Source of the DNA: an uncultured cyanobacterium | GTDB taxonomy: Bacteria > Cyanobacteriota > Cyanobacteriia > Cyanobacteriales > Nostocaceae | Assembly (NCBI GenBank): GCA_963740315.1 | Contig: CAVUDP010000004.1 | Coordinates: 96,001 to 160,000, forward strand | Reading direction: 5' to 3' | DNA length: 64,000 bases | In this document: piece by piece, positions 1-9,865 of the stretch | Numbering within the stretch: position 1 is the first letter of the stretch | Layout: each line of letters starts with the position of its first letter | The notes under the pieces: model-generated | Database searches by the model: none | What the model was told of the DNA's origin: nothing | Seen by the model: the letters and a program-made list of their open reading frames with translations, nothing else | Program-made: the position numbers and the translations under genes

Positions 1-1
1 A

Positions 2-826
2 TTATGGCGTTTTTCTGGTGAATTCTCTTTGTCACTACTGATGCTAGAACATATGCCAATTCTCTCATTGCTGCTGTTTGTTCCTTTAGCTTATATCTGC
101 AAGTCGCGATGGATTTTTGCATTATCTACGATCGCTTTTGCAACTTCATTACAATTTAATGTAAATAGATATTACCTACCGACACTTAATTCTTTTGCTT
201 TTACACTTCCAGCAGCTTTATTATGGAGTTACGACGATTTACTGTTTCCCAAAGTCGATGGAAGATGGTTTCAATCAATTGCGCGTAATTTTGCGCTGCT
301 GTTTTTCAGCATTTTATTTTATGTGCTTTCCTTCGAGGGATATTGGCAATTTTCTAATTATTCATCTACTAATAACAAGCCGATACCCAATTTCTTTTTA
401 CTAGATTTGGGAATTCTTACAGCTTTAGCTATATATCAATGGTTTCATCTTTTGCGTCCAAAACGCAACCGTCAGCGTCAACGAATCGATATTACCAATA
501 TTGCGATCGCTATCTTTGTCGTAATAGCGGCTTTTGCACCAATATTGAGACAAAACATTGCTGCGATATCGGTTTTAGGGATTTTCCTTTTCAATCTACT
601 TTTAGCTTTATTAGCTTGCGGAATGATTCGCCAAGGATTGCAATCAAATCAAAGACGCGCATTTTGGGGAGGAATGATTTTGTTAACGCTGCAAATTATC
701 ACCCGGATGTTGGAATACGACACCGCTTTATTATTGAAATCTTTGGTTTTCGTATTATGCGGAGTTGCTGTTATTGGTGCGGGATTATGGTTTGAACGAC
801 ATTTATCAGTGAGCAGTGAGCAGTGA
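2..826 (+). CDS. DUF2157-family integral membrane protein (5'-truncated by window edge)
   Basis: Frame is open from nt 2. Multiple hydrophobic helices; C-terminal RMLEYDTALLLKSLVFVLCGVAVIGAGLWFE; lies next to a GDYXXLXY gene, the usual partner. Confidence 0.75.
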   Translation, partial: LWRFSGEFSLSLLMLEHMPILSLLLFVPLAYICKSRWIFALSTIAFATSLQFNVNRYYLPTLNSFAFTLPAALLWSYDDLLFPKVDGRWFQSIARNFALLFFSILFYVLSFEGYWQFSNYSSTNNKPIPNFFLLDLGILTALAIYQWFHLLRPKRNRQRQRIDITNIAIAIFVVIAAFAPILRQNIAAISVLGIFLFNLLLALLACGMIRQGLQSNQRRAFWGGMILLTLQIITRMLEYDTALLLKSLVFVLCGVAVIGAGLWFERHLSVSSEQ

Positions 827-962
827 GCAGTGAGCAGTAATCAGTGAACAGTAACCAGTAATCAGTAACCAGTGAACAGTAACCAGTAATCAGTAACCAG
901 TGAACAGTAACCAGTGAACAGTAACCAGTAATCAGTAACCAGTGAACAGTAACCAGTGAACA
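807..962 (+). repeat. STRR heptamer tract (CAGTGAG/CAGTAAC/CAGTGAA/CAGTAAT)n, includes the upstream gene's stop codon
   Basis: About 22 tandem 7-mers read directly from the sequence. Confidence 0.95.
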
Positions 963-976
963 ATTCTTATTTATTT

Positions 977-1027
977 AACAACTAACAACTAACAACTAAC
1001 AACTAACAACTAACAACTAACAACTAA
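977..1027 (+). repeat. STRR heptamer tract (AACAACT)n
   Basis: About 7 perfect copies; the same unit recurs at about 24350-24395. Confidence 0.95.
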
Positions 1028-1030
1028 ATT

Positions 1031-1675
1031 ATGAAACTTCCAGAAGAATCCTCAGAAAAAGAACTGATTCCGTTTAAGACAAATTCACCAGTAAATAATA
1101 AACCAATTCCAATTTTACGGTTAGTAATACCTTTATTAATTCAAGCTGGGTTACTTTTAGCGATACCAGCCCAATCAATTCAAACTTACCTTACGGGTAA
1201 AACCGTGATTTTACAAACCGTACCCGTAGATCCTTACAATATATTGACAGGTTACTATCAAATCCTCAGTTACGACATTTCGACACAAAGTACTTTAGAA
1301 AAACTTCCCGACAGCAAAGACATATTGAAAGATGGGAACAGTTTGTATGTAATTCTTCAAGAAGAAAAATCAACTGATGAGAAAATTCCCAAAGCTTGGA
1401 AACCAGTGCGGTTAAGTGAAAAACTTCCCGATTCCCTTCCCGATAACCAAGTAGCGTTGAAAGGCAAATATCGCTACGGTAGGGTTACATACGGTTTAGA
1501 AAAGTATAATATCCCAGAAGACCAACGCAACAAAATTAACGATAATATATCTCAAGCTAGCCGCAGTGCAACACAAAGGCAGCCTCAACCCATTGTAGTA
1601 GAAATCAAAGTTGATTCTCAGGGTAAATCGGTACCTATAAGTATGTGGGTGAAAGAACAAAATTATCGATTTTGA
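1031..1675 (+). CDS. GDYXXLXY-domain membrane-anchored protein
   Basis: N-terminal TM helix, then GKTVILQTVPVDPYNILTGYYQILSY (GDYxxLxY variant) and YGLEKYNIPE. Confidence 0.85.
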   Translation: MKLPEESSEKELIPFKTNSPVNNKPIPILRLVIPLLIQAGLLLAIPAQSIQTYLTGKTVILQTVPVDPYNILTGYYQILSYDISTQSTLEKLPDSKDILKDGNSLYVILQEEKSTDEKIPKAWKPVRLSEKLPDSLPDNQVALKGKYRYGRVTYGLEKYNIPEDQRNKINDNISQASRSATQRQPQPIVVEIKVDSQGKSVPISMWVKEQNYRF

Positions 1676-1713
1676 CAAGCAGTTAGCAGTTAGCAGTGAA
1701 CAATGAACGGTTA

Positions 1714-1939
1714 ATATAGCAATCCTAAATGATTTGTGAGAAATTGATAAATCAACTGGCGGTTAAAACCGCTACTACACAAACGAAGTCCACCTGCGTG
1801 GACTTAATCAAACAACCCGCGCAGGCGGGTTTTGCCTGTGTAGCCGCGACTTATAGTCGCCAGGTATGAATAAAAATTTACTCGTTATTTCAATCCTACA
1901 TCTACGTGTTTTCTCACATTTAAATTCGGATTGCTATAT
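1714..1939. mobile_element. MITE-like element with imperfect ~27-bp terminal inverted repeats and a nested palindromic repeat (1756-1863)
   Basis: ATATAGCAATCCtAAATgAtTTGTGAGA at the left end matches the reverse complement of TCTCACATTTAAATTCGGATTGCTATAT at the right end. The inner CTGGCG...CGCCAG segment has four hairpins. Confidence 0.7.
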
Positions 1940-2038
1940 CTATTTAAATAGGTGTAACGTAGCAACGCCGGAAAAATAATTAAATCTCTAATTTCAAACT
2001 GTTAACTGCTCACTGTTCACTGTTCACTGGTAACTGAT

Positions 2039-2278
2039 TTACTCTTCGTTGCGTAATTGCCAAGCTGCACCAAAAGCCGCTCCCCCACCTGCAAGCAAGC
2101 CAGTACTCATTCCTTCTATAGTCTTAGTAATAGGGTTTTGAGTCAAACACTCGCTTGTAACTTCAGTCGCGTTCAAACACATAGTGCTTTTAGCCCAGCT
2201 AGAGGTACCACCCAGCACCACACCAGCCACGCTACAGGAAACAACTAATAATAAAAGGCGTTTATTTTTTCTATCCAT
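2039..2278 (-). CDS. Small membrane/secreted protein with two Cys and Gly-rich helices
   Basis: 79 aa, ATG start, two hydrophobic Gly-rich segments. Confidence 0.65.
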   Translation of the reverse strand: MDRKNKRLLLLVVSCSVAGVVLGGTSSWAKSTMCLNATEVTSECLTQNPITKTIEGMSTGLLAGGGAAFGAAWQLRNEE

Positions 2279-2423
2279 AGATAGGTTTTTAAATATCTTA
2301 GGGATGATTACTTCTATCTAATGTACACAAAAGCTCACGTATTGTCAGCATGGTTTGTATAAAACTGCCAATTTTTTACTTATTCTTTCTGTATGAAACG
2401 GAAAGATGTGGCGGCTTAACTGC

Positions 2424-2535
2424 TTCCTAGTCTGGAGGCTGGGAACTAACCCCCTAAATGAGAAGCTCTGCCTCCTGAGTCTACGGGAGGCAAAGCCACT
2501 TGAAATTAATTCCTAGTTAGAGGCTGCCAGCGAGG
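2424..2535. repeat. Degenerate small dispersed repeat (TTCCTAG..GAGGCTG.. duplicated around a GCCTCC/GGAGGC hairpin)
   Basis: Direct and inverted sub-repeats are visible in the intergenic region. Confidence 0.5.
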
Positions 2536-2550
2536 CTATACAAAAATTTT

Positions 2551-3258
2551 TCACACAAACCGCATTTTCGATTTAGTTAAAACCATTGTGGCTGCTAATC
2601 CGATAAATATAGTCGTAGGTACCTGCGATTCGGGTACTTTTCTGCGTTTGGGTTCTTTTTTGGCATAGGTGTAAGAAACCATTACATTAGCACCAGCATA
2701 AGTTTCAAAACCAGCAACAAAATTACCCGCACCTGTGGCTGTTGAATTACCTATGGCTTCAAGGAATAAATTAAAACTGCCGTCGCCAACGAAGGGTGTA
2801 AAATCATCTTTAACGGTAAAAAATGCTGATTCTTTTTTTGTATTAGAAATATCTGTTAATGTTATGCCTGAAGCACCATCAAAGTCTAATGTTCTATCGT
2901 ATACGCTCAAGTTTTGCTCAACCGATGCAGTAGGTAAAGCTACGAGCAATAAAGAATTATCGGGCTTTTTTAAATTAATTTCTGCGGCAAGGTTTCCCGT
3001 AACAAATGCTGCTTGAGCGTCTCTATTTTCTAATTCTACAGAACCTTGAACGTTACCGCTTAATTCAAATAGAACGCTTTCTAAATCGCCCAAACTGCTA
3101 TCAAATTTTGATAAGGTTATTTGTTTTTTAAAGTTAGTTATTTCTAAATCAACCGTACTTTCATAAGTCAGCGTAGATGCTTGTGCGGCATTTATCGGCG
3201 CTAATATTGCAGCAAAAGCTGTCACCATCAATTTAGCTTTGGAAATGGATAGATGCAT
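2551..3258 (-). CDS. PEP-CTERM sorting protein, choice-of-anchor E type
   Basis: Signal peptide (AAQA|ST), KFDSSLGDLESV motif, VSYTY, then VPES + TM helix + basic tail. Confidence 0.75.
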   Translation of the reverse strand: MHLSISKAKLMVTAFAAILAPINAAQASTLTYESTVDLEITNFKKQITLSKFDSSLGDLESVLFELSGNVQGSVELENRDAQAAFVTGNLAAEINLKKPDNSLLLVALPTASVEQNLSVYDRTLDFDGASGITLTDISNTKKESAFFTVKDDFTPFVGDGSFNLFLEAIGNSTATGAGNFVAGFETYAGANVMVSYTYAKKEPKRRKVPESQVPTTIFIGLAATMVLTKSKMRFV

Positions 3259-3510
3259 AATTATTCAACCTATATATTGTTTGCGTTTTTTATGAATGTT
3301 TATTCAACGCACCCTTTCTTTAAAAGAGATTAATGGAGTTAAAAAAAATAAGCAATATTACGTAGGCATATTCATTAAATTTTCACAAAAAAACTCCGGA
3401 TATGTCCAGTTACATATATTTTATGTAAGTAAAAACAAAATTATTTGTTCTGCTCGATCAAGTCGGTAAAAACTTTATAAATCAACAGTTAAGACTTTAT
3501 ATTGATTATT

Positions 3511-4299
3511 TTAAATATATTGTTTGAGATTCTCAGGGGCTATGGTATTTTTACTGAATTTTGGAAGTTGCCACCAAGAAATATAAGGATACTTATGATG
3601 TTCTTCATGATAGCCGAAATGATAGCAGCTAATTAATGACCACAAAAATGGACGATAAATGCTTTGAGTGCGGTGAGAAGTTTGATATCCTGCTGATGGC
3701 TCTCGATGGGGTAAATAGGTTCCGAAATAAAATAGCTGAACAGAACTAAGTAGTAATGGTATTGCCCAAAATACTAATAAGTTAATTTCTGGAATATGGA
3801 ATGTAATTCTTACAGAATGGTAAACGATTGTCATTCCCAAGAAACGCAACCAACTCCAATAACGATACATAAAATAACCGTACCAAGCAAAGAAATTTTT
3901 ATGTTTACCGTTATGATAATCAGGATCGAGTTCGCTTGCAGGATTATTATGGTGCTGATGGTGTCTTTTTAGTAGCTTTTGATAAGAGAATTGTGCATAC
4001 AAAGCTACAGTTAAATAACCAATAAAATTATTTATTTTAGAATTTTTTTCAAATACAACACCATGCATTGCATCATGAGCAGTTATAAATAGTCCCGTAT
4101 GCAAAAAGGCTTGCCATAAAATTAGAATTGGAATCAATAATATATTAGTTTCGGGAATATTGAAATTGAGTAATGTTGCTAAACTTATTGCCCATGTCGC
4201 GATCAGAAAACAAGCAATCGTTAATCCAATGTAAGCTTTGGCAGATTGAATCAATTGTCTAAGTTTGTTTGAGAAGATAGGCAAGAAGAATGAAGTCAT
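3511..4299 (-). CDS. crtW: Beta-carotene ketolase CrtW (fatty-acid desaturase superfamily)
   Basis: His boxes GLFITAHDAMHG, HHQHH...DPDYH and CYHFGYHEEHH; QLFYFGTYLPHR. Confidence 0.9.
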   Translation of the reverse strand: MTSFFLPIFSNKLRQLIQSAKAYIGLTIACFLIATWAISLATLLNFNIPETNILLIPILILWQAFLHTGLFITAHDAMHGVVFEKNSKINNFIGYLTVALYAQFSYQKLLKRHHQHHNNPASELDPDYHNGKHKNFFAWYGYFMYRYWSWLRFLGMTIVYHSVRITFHIPEINLLVFWAIPLLLSSVQLFYFGTYLPHREPSAGYQTSHRTQSIYRPFLWSLISCYHFGYHEEHHKYPYISWWQLPKFSKNTIAPENLKQYI

Positions 4300-4512
4300 G
4301 AATGTAGATTAAATTTTAAGATTAGCTGTTATTAGTAAATAATTAATCTAACTTCAGATAAATTGGCAGCATCTTAAGTTATAAAAAATATATTGTAGTG
4401 GGAGTATTTTACTTCCTTGATATATCGCGGCCAAGATGGCTGCACTACAAATAAGAAAAGACTCTGCAATTGCAAAGTCTCTACATTTATTCATTGATAG
4501 TTGTTAACTGAA

Positions 4513-6342
4513 TTACTCAATTATCAAATTAAAAGGTAAACGAGCATACACACCTAATGGATCGTTCATGTTTTGTAAAGTCGCTATTTCTGCTTGCAAT
4601 TTATCGAATTCAACTGTTAAGGGATGATTGGCTTTCAAGGGACTTTTGCTAGTTTTAAACATAGTTTGGGCATCTTCAGAGACTTTACCAAAAAATCTTT
4701 CGCTAAAGCTGCTGCGTTTGGGATACTCTTGCAATTCCCATTTGTCTCCTAACTTTGCTTCTGTTGCGGCGTATGCGATCGCTGCATCTAATCCGCCGAT
4801 TTCATCCACTAAACCAATGTCTTTCGCGGCTTTACCAGACCAAACTCTTCCTTGAGCAATGTCTGCTACCTTGGATTGTGGTAGGTTTCTACCTTTGGCT
4901 ACTTTATCTATAAATTTACCGTAAATTCGGTTGACGCTATTTTGGAAAATCGCCAATTCTGCCTCAGTTTGGGGACGAGTTGTGGTTCCAATATCGGCAT
5001 AACGTGCGGTTTTGACGCTATCCCAACTAATACCGTTGTCGTTGGCTAATTTTTGAAAGTTAGGTATGCTTCCGAATACGCCGATGGAACCCGTAATCGT
5101 ATTTGGTTCGGCAAAAATGCGGTTGGAATCTACAGCAATCCAATAACCACCGGATGCTGCGGTGTCACCCATCGAAACTACAACTGGTTTCACATCGCGA
5201 GTTAACCGGATTTCTCGCTGGATTATCTCGGATGCTGTAGCGCTGCCACCGGGAGAATTTATTCGTAAAACTACCGATTTGATATCTTTATCTTGACGAA
5301 TACGGTTAAAAATTTTCGCAAAGCGGTTTCCTCCAATTTCTCCGGAGTCACCATCACCGTCAACTATACTGCCTTCTGCATAAACTACGGCTATTTTATT
5401 TTCGGAGCTTCTTTTGCTTAAATTTCGTTCGGCAAGAGTAGCGTATTCGTTTAAATCAATTTGTTCAAAAGATTTTTCTTTTTTATCAGTTTTGGTTAAC
5501 TCTTTAAGTTCGGTAACTACTTCATCAAAATACGCTACCTTATCTACCAAACCATTGGTTTTGGCTTCCGATGCTTCTAAAAGTCCTTTACTATCGGCGA
5601 TCGCTTGTAGCTGTTGCGGTGTCATTTTACGACTTTTACCTACAGTACCACGCCATTCACCCCATAAATCGTCTAATAATGTTTGAATTTGCTCGCGGTT
5701 TTCCGGACTTAATTGTTTTAAAACCAGCGGCTCAACTGCGCCTTTAAACTTTCCTACCCGTACAATTTGCACGCCAACACCGAACTTTTCCAAAGCCCCA
5801 GCTAAAAACATCGGTTGCGAACTCAAACCGTTAATTTCCATTCCTCCGTAAGGATTAACTACAACGGTATCCGCCACAGAACTGAGATAGTATTCTTTTT
5901 CACCCCATCCCACGCCGTAAGCTACAACTTTTTTACCCGTATCGCGAAATTTTGTTAATGCTTTACGAATTTCCTTGAGAGTTGCAAAACCCGTGCTTCC
6001 AGTTCCCGAAGTGTCTCTGGCATCTAAGTAAACGCCAACAATTCGCTCGTCAGTGCGGGCTTGTTCCAAAGCATCCAAAACCGATCGCAGTGTCATCTGC
6101 TTTTTTAAATTGCCCGATAGCGCTTGCTGTAAAACCAAACCAGAATCGGGTTTCCCGTCGGTAATTTGGGTTGATAAATCAAACACCAACATCGAAGAAT
6201 CCTTGACTTTTGGTCCCGAATCCGTCGAAGCAGCAGCAAACAGCAGCAAGAAAAACCCCGTGCTACTCAAACCAACGAAAATAAATAATCCCAGTAAACT
6301 TCCAATTAAACTCGCAAAGGTTTGTTTGATAAAATTATTCAT
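4513..6342 (-). CDS. sppA: Signal peptide peptidase SppA (67K type, protease IV)
   Basis: Tandem S49 domains; RVGKFKGAVEP, LRINSPGGSA, SMGDTAASGGYW, TITGSIGVFG, AQGRVWSG. Confidence 0.95.
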   Translation of the reverse strand: MNNFIKQTFASLIGSLLGLFIFVGLSSTGFFLLLFAAASTDSGPKVKDSSMLVFDLSTQITDGKPDSGLVLQQALSGNLKKQMTLRSVLDALEQARTDERIVGVYLDARDTSGTGSTGFATLKEIRKALTKFRDTGKKVVAYGVGWGEKEYYLSSVADTVVVNPYGGMEINGLSSQPMFLAGALEKFGVGVQIVRVGKFKGAVEPLVLKQLSPENREQIQTLLDDLWGEWRGTVGKSRKMTPQQLQAIADSKGLLEASEAKTNGLVDKVAYFDEVVTELKELTKTDKKEKSFEQIDLNEYATLAERNLSKRSSENKIAVVYAEGSIVDGDGDSGEIGGNRFAKIFNRIRQDKDIKSVVLRINSPGGSATASEIIQREIRLTRDVKPVVVSMGDTAASGGYWIAVDSNRIFAEPNTITGSIGVFGSIPNFQKLANDNGISWDSVKTARYADIGTTTRPQTEAELAIFQNSVNRIYGKFIDKVAKGRNLPQSKVADIAQGRVWSGKAAKDIGLVDEIGGLDAAIAYAATEAKLGDKWELQEYPKRSSFSERFFGKVSEDAQTMFKTSKSPLKANHPLTVEFDKLQAEIATLQNMNDPLGVYARLPFNLIIE

Positions 6343-6555
6343 AGTATTTCCTCTTATCCTCAGCTTTCTTAATAAGTATTTCCGCTCACCCCGATAGTTA
6401 CATTTATAGCTGCAATTTATTGCTAAAACGCAACTACAAACACAGATTTACCCTTTGCATTTCACCCAATTTTTTGTTTATCTTGTATTTCTAATGTCCC
6501 CTAAAAATATGGTTCCGAACACCGAGAAAATGCTCAATCATTGAGATATAGAATA

Positions 6556-7605
6556 TTATTGTGCTTTTTGTAAACTATCTGAATGTTTGAGTTGTTCTAG
6601 TGTAGCGTTACCAGTACAAAATAGTACGGTGCTAATTTCCGCAATCAAAACTTTTGCTAAATCGTAAAGCGTAGCCTCAGATGAGGTTGCAGCTTGTAAA
6701 AACGGCATTGCTAACCCGGCGATATCCGCACCTAACGCGATCGCTTTCGCTACATCCACACCGTGACGCAAACCCCCCGAAGCAATAAGAGGTACCGAGG
6801 GCGCGATCGCACGAATTCCCGTAATGCAGTCTGCCGTCGGTACGCCCCAATCCGCAAAGGTTCTACCCAAGCGCCGCTGTAAAATATTATCAGCACGCTC
6901 GCTTTCCACTAAAGCCCAAGAAGTACCGCCAGCACCAGCCACATCAATTGCTGTAACTCCAGCGCCAATAAGTTTTTTAGCCATTTTACCCGAAATCCCA
7001 TTCCCAACTTCCTTCACAATTACCGGCACTGGTAATTTTGTGCATAAAGTTTCAATTTTGTCCAGCACACCCCGGAAATGAGTATCCCCCTGGGGCTGAA
7101 TGCATTCTTGTAAAGGATTGAGATGCAAAATCAGCGCATCGGCTTCGAGAAGATCGACAACTCGCAGACATTCATCCAAACCGTAATCGTAATTGAGTTG
7201 AATTGCACCCAAATTAGCAAACAATAGTATATCAGGAGCATACTTGCGAACTGCAAAAGTATCAGAAACCCCTGGATTTTCTACCGCCACTCGTTGCGAA
7301 CCCACACCCATCGCCAATCTGTAATGTTGAGCAACTTTCGCCAAACGGTAATTGATAGTTTTAGCTTCTTCGGTTCCCCCAGTCATCGAAGAAATTAACA
7401 GCGGTGCATTCATAGGTTTTCCTAAAAATGTAGTGCTAATATCAATTTCATCCCGGTCAATTTCCGGTAGACAAGAATGGTCAAAATGATAGCGTTCCAA
7501 ACCATTAGTAGTTTGACGAAACTGAACATCTTCCTCTAGACAGATGCGGATGTGGTCGGCTTTACGAGATTCGGTTGCTTCTGAGTAATTTGTAGAAATC
7601 TTCAC
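6556..7605 (-). CDS. fni: Type 2 isopentenyl-diphosphate delta-isomerase
   Basis: [56 protein letters not shown] start. Confidence 0.95.
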   Translation of the reverse strand: MKISTNYSEATESRKADHIRICLEEDVQFRQTTNGLERYHFDHSCLPEIDRDEIDISTTFLGKPMNAPLLISSMTGGTEEAKTINYRLAKVAQHYRLAMGVGSQRVAVENPGVSDTFAVRKYAPDILLFANLGAIQLNYDYGLDECLRVVDLLEADALILHLNPLQECIQPQGDTHFRGVLDKIETLCTKLPVPVIVKEVGNGISGKMAKKLIGAGVTAIDVAGAGGTSWALVESERADNILQRRLGRTFADWGVPTADCITGIRAIAPSVPLIASGGLRHGVDVAKAIALGADIAGLAMPFLQAATSSEATLYDLAKVLIAEISTVLFCTGNATLEQLKHSDSLQKAQ

Positions 7606-7759
7606 GGTGGAGACTGGAATTAATGTTAACTGCTATTTTCTCAGTCTCTAGTATTTTGGGATTTTTTGGAGTCAAATAGGAACTTTTGATTACTTTATTA
7701 ACAATTCGGGTTTGTGGTAGGGGAAGAGGGGGGAGAAAAAACAATAGTTTTTAGGATAC

Positions 7760-7876
7760 ACCTATCAAAATTAATGAAATGCGCTAATAGTAGTCCAAAT
7801 CATTAATTCTGATAGGTTTGTAGTAAGGGCTTAAGCCCCTCCGGATTTAGGGAACCTAAGCCCTTACTACGAACCT
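7760..7876. repeat. GTAG-type REP doublet / MITE (GTAGTAAGGGC...GCCCTTACTAC)
   Basis: Inverted pair; near-identical relatives at 36068-36185 and 26743-26978. Confidence 0.8.
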
Positions 7877-8181
7877 TAATGAAAAAGATGCTGTAAGTAC
7901 TTAGCCAGAAAACTAAGCTGTAAAAAACCGTTAAAAAAATCTGACTTTTGCCAGATTTAGTCATGACTGTTACAACTCCGCCACGAATCTAAATGTAATT
8001 TGTAATAGTGTTTTGACTTAATCGGTAAGCCAAACTTAAATAAGTCAGTAGCACAAAATAATCCTGCGTTATAAAGAACTTCTACCAAATTCAAGACTGT
8101 TAAATATTGGGAATCTCTACAAATATAAATCCTCAGCAATCGCGAAAAAATATATCGCTCAAATCGAGAGGAGCTTTAATT

Positions 8182-8721
8182 ATGGCAAAAATGGCTATTT
8201 TTTACGGCAGCACTTCCGGTATCACCGAAGAAATTGCGACGAAAATACACGGGCATTTTGGTGAAGAATTGTGCGATATCTTCAGCATGGAAGAAGATTT
8301 CACCAGCGTTGATGAAATGCTTGAGTACGATTATTTGCTTTTCGGTTGTTCTACTTGGGGTTCTGGGGAAGTCCAAAATGATTGGCGGGACCCATTATTT
8401 GAGATGGAAATGGACAAACCGGATTTTACAGGTAAAACTATTGCCTTGTTCGGTGCGGGAGATTATGCGAGCCACGGCGAACAATTTGTCAGCGCATTAG
8501 GAACTTTGTACGATCACTTCAAAAAACTAGGTGCAACATTAGTTGGTGAATTTCCTACCGACGGTTACACCTATAAATATTCCTTTGCAGTGCGCGATGG
8601 TAAATTTATAGGACTACCTATAGATGAAGTTAATGAGAGTGATAAAACCGACGAGCGTATTGCAAACTGGGTTGAGGTGTTAAAACCGCATTTTTCTAAA
8701 GCCCAGTTAGAAACTGCTTAA
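8182..8721 (+). CDS. fldA: Long-chain flavodoxin
   Basis: IFYGSTSGITE phosphate loop, GCSTWGSGE, IALFGAGD, GKFIGLPIDEVNESDKTDERI. ATG at 8182 follows a GAGAGGAG RBS, so the ORF-track start at 8107 is probably too early. Confidence 0.9.
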   Translation: MAKMAIFYGSTSGITEEIATKIHGHFGEELCDIFSMEEDFTSVDEMLEYDYLLFGCSTWGSGEVQNDWRDPLFEMEMDKPDFTGKTIALFGAGDYASHGEQFVSALGTLYDHFKKLGATLVGEFPTDGYTYKYSFAVRDGKFIGLPIDEVNESDKTDERIANWVEVLKPHFSKAQLETA

Positions 8722-8761
8722 AGGATAGTCGATCCGTTTGTGTATTATACGCGCTTAATTT

Positions 8762-8787
8762 AGCCCGCAAAAGCGGGCTTTGTTTTT
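8762..8787 (+). terminator. Rho-independent terminator after flavodoxin
   Basis: AGCCCGC-AAAA-GCGGGCT followed by a T-rich tail. Confidence 0.8.
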
Positions 8788-8809
8788 GGATCGACTTTCT
8801 ACTTTTATC

Positions 8810-9625
8810 TCATTGTTGAGTGAGACTTAGAAGAGGCTGGTTCGCTAAACTATCCAGTTCTTCAGATTTGAGTAAACTTTTCCAGTCTGCGAGTAGTGGA
8901 GCATCTTTGGGTTTGGCAAGACGGGCTTCTCCTAAAGTTGTAAGAGCATTGTGCCAAATCCCGTTTTCTGCATAAAGTGCTGCTTTTTGTAAAGGTGTTG
9001 CTTGCCCGATACGTTTTGCAAGGTCAGAACTTATATTAACTCGTTCTATCCAACCGTCAACTGCCTGTAATTGTGCTGATTGTTGTGGGTTGCATTTGAC
9101 TTTTAATTTCAAAAACCAATGATATTTCTTTTGGTGTTTTGTTTTACTTATTTGTAATGGTTCTTTTGTAGAAATACCTATAATTCCTGGCTTTTCTGGT
9201 TTATTTAAAACAGTCCTATATATTGTTTTACTAGGTTTTTGAGATTCATCTTTGATAACAAATTCCATTTCCGTAATTGATGATTTGTCATCAGGAACAA
9301 AAAACCAAAAAGTAGGATAATCATCGGTTGTTAAACCCCAAATTTTGGTGACTGGAATTTTTTCTCCTCCATCTAAGTTAATGCTTTGCTTGTAGTCCGG
9401 AACCAATGCCATTAGAGATTGCTCGCTATTCCCACATCCCCTACTAGCTGCTCCTCCACGCTCACCTGCGGCACTCCGGTCTGGTGGTGGGGGTGGTGGA
9501 TTAAAATTGATTGAACTATATGAGGTTGTTAGTTGTGCCTTTATTGGTAACAAAGGAGCGATGCTGATTAAAAAAGCCGTAATAAAACCAACAGTAAACC
9601 TTGTTTTATAATGATGAATTTTCAT
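8810..9625 (-). CDS. DUF928-domain exported protein
   Basis: Signal peptide, FNPPPPPPDR..GGAASRGC, LMALVP, GLTTDDYPTFWFFVP, VDGWIERV, YAENGIWHNAL. Confidence 0.9.
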   Translation of the reverse strand: MKIHHYKTRFTVGFITAFLISIAPLLPIKAQLTTSYSSINFNPPPPPPDRSAAGERGGAASRGCGNSEQSLMALVPDYKQSINLDGGEKIPVTKIWGLTTDDYPTFWFFVPDDKSSITEMEFVIKDESQKPSKTIYRTVLNKPEKPGIIGISTKEPLQISKTKHQKKYHWFLKLKVKCNPQQSAQLQAVDGWIERVNISSDLAKRIGQATPLQKAALYAENGIWHNALTTLGEARLAKPKDAPLLADWKSLLKSEELDSLANQPLLSLTQQ

Positions 9626-9680
9626 GACCTTGGTTAGTAGTTAGTTGATAGTTGATAAGTGGGTGTGCCTTCATTATTTG

Positions 9681-9794
9681 TGTCATTGCGTTAGCGCAGC
9701 GTGTCCGATAGGACATGCGACAGCGGATCTTTCTCAAAGTGTTGCGATGAACCGCACCCTACGGGTGAATGCTTCGCTGTCGCTCGCAATGACA
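9681..9794. repeat. Palindromic dispersed repeat (TGTCATTGCG...CGCAATGACA)
   Basis: 10-bp terminal inverted repeat with internal hairpins. The core GATGAnCCGCACCCTnCGGGTGAATGC recurs at about 56063-56089; a related end is at about 30930-30945. Confidence 0.7.
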
Positions 9795-9865
9795 AATGTA
9801 CAATTAATTTTGCCTAAGTACTTAACTATTTAATAAAAATCCCGGCATTTAAATTCTAAAATTGT

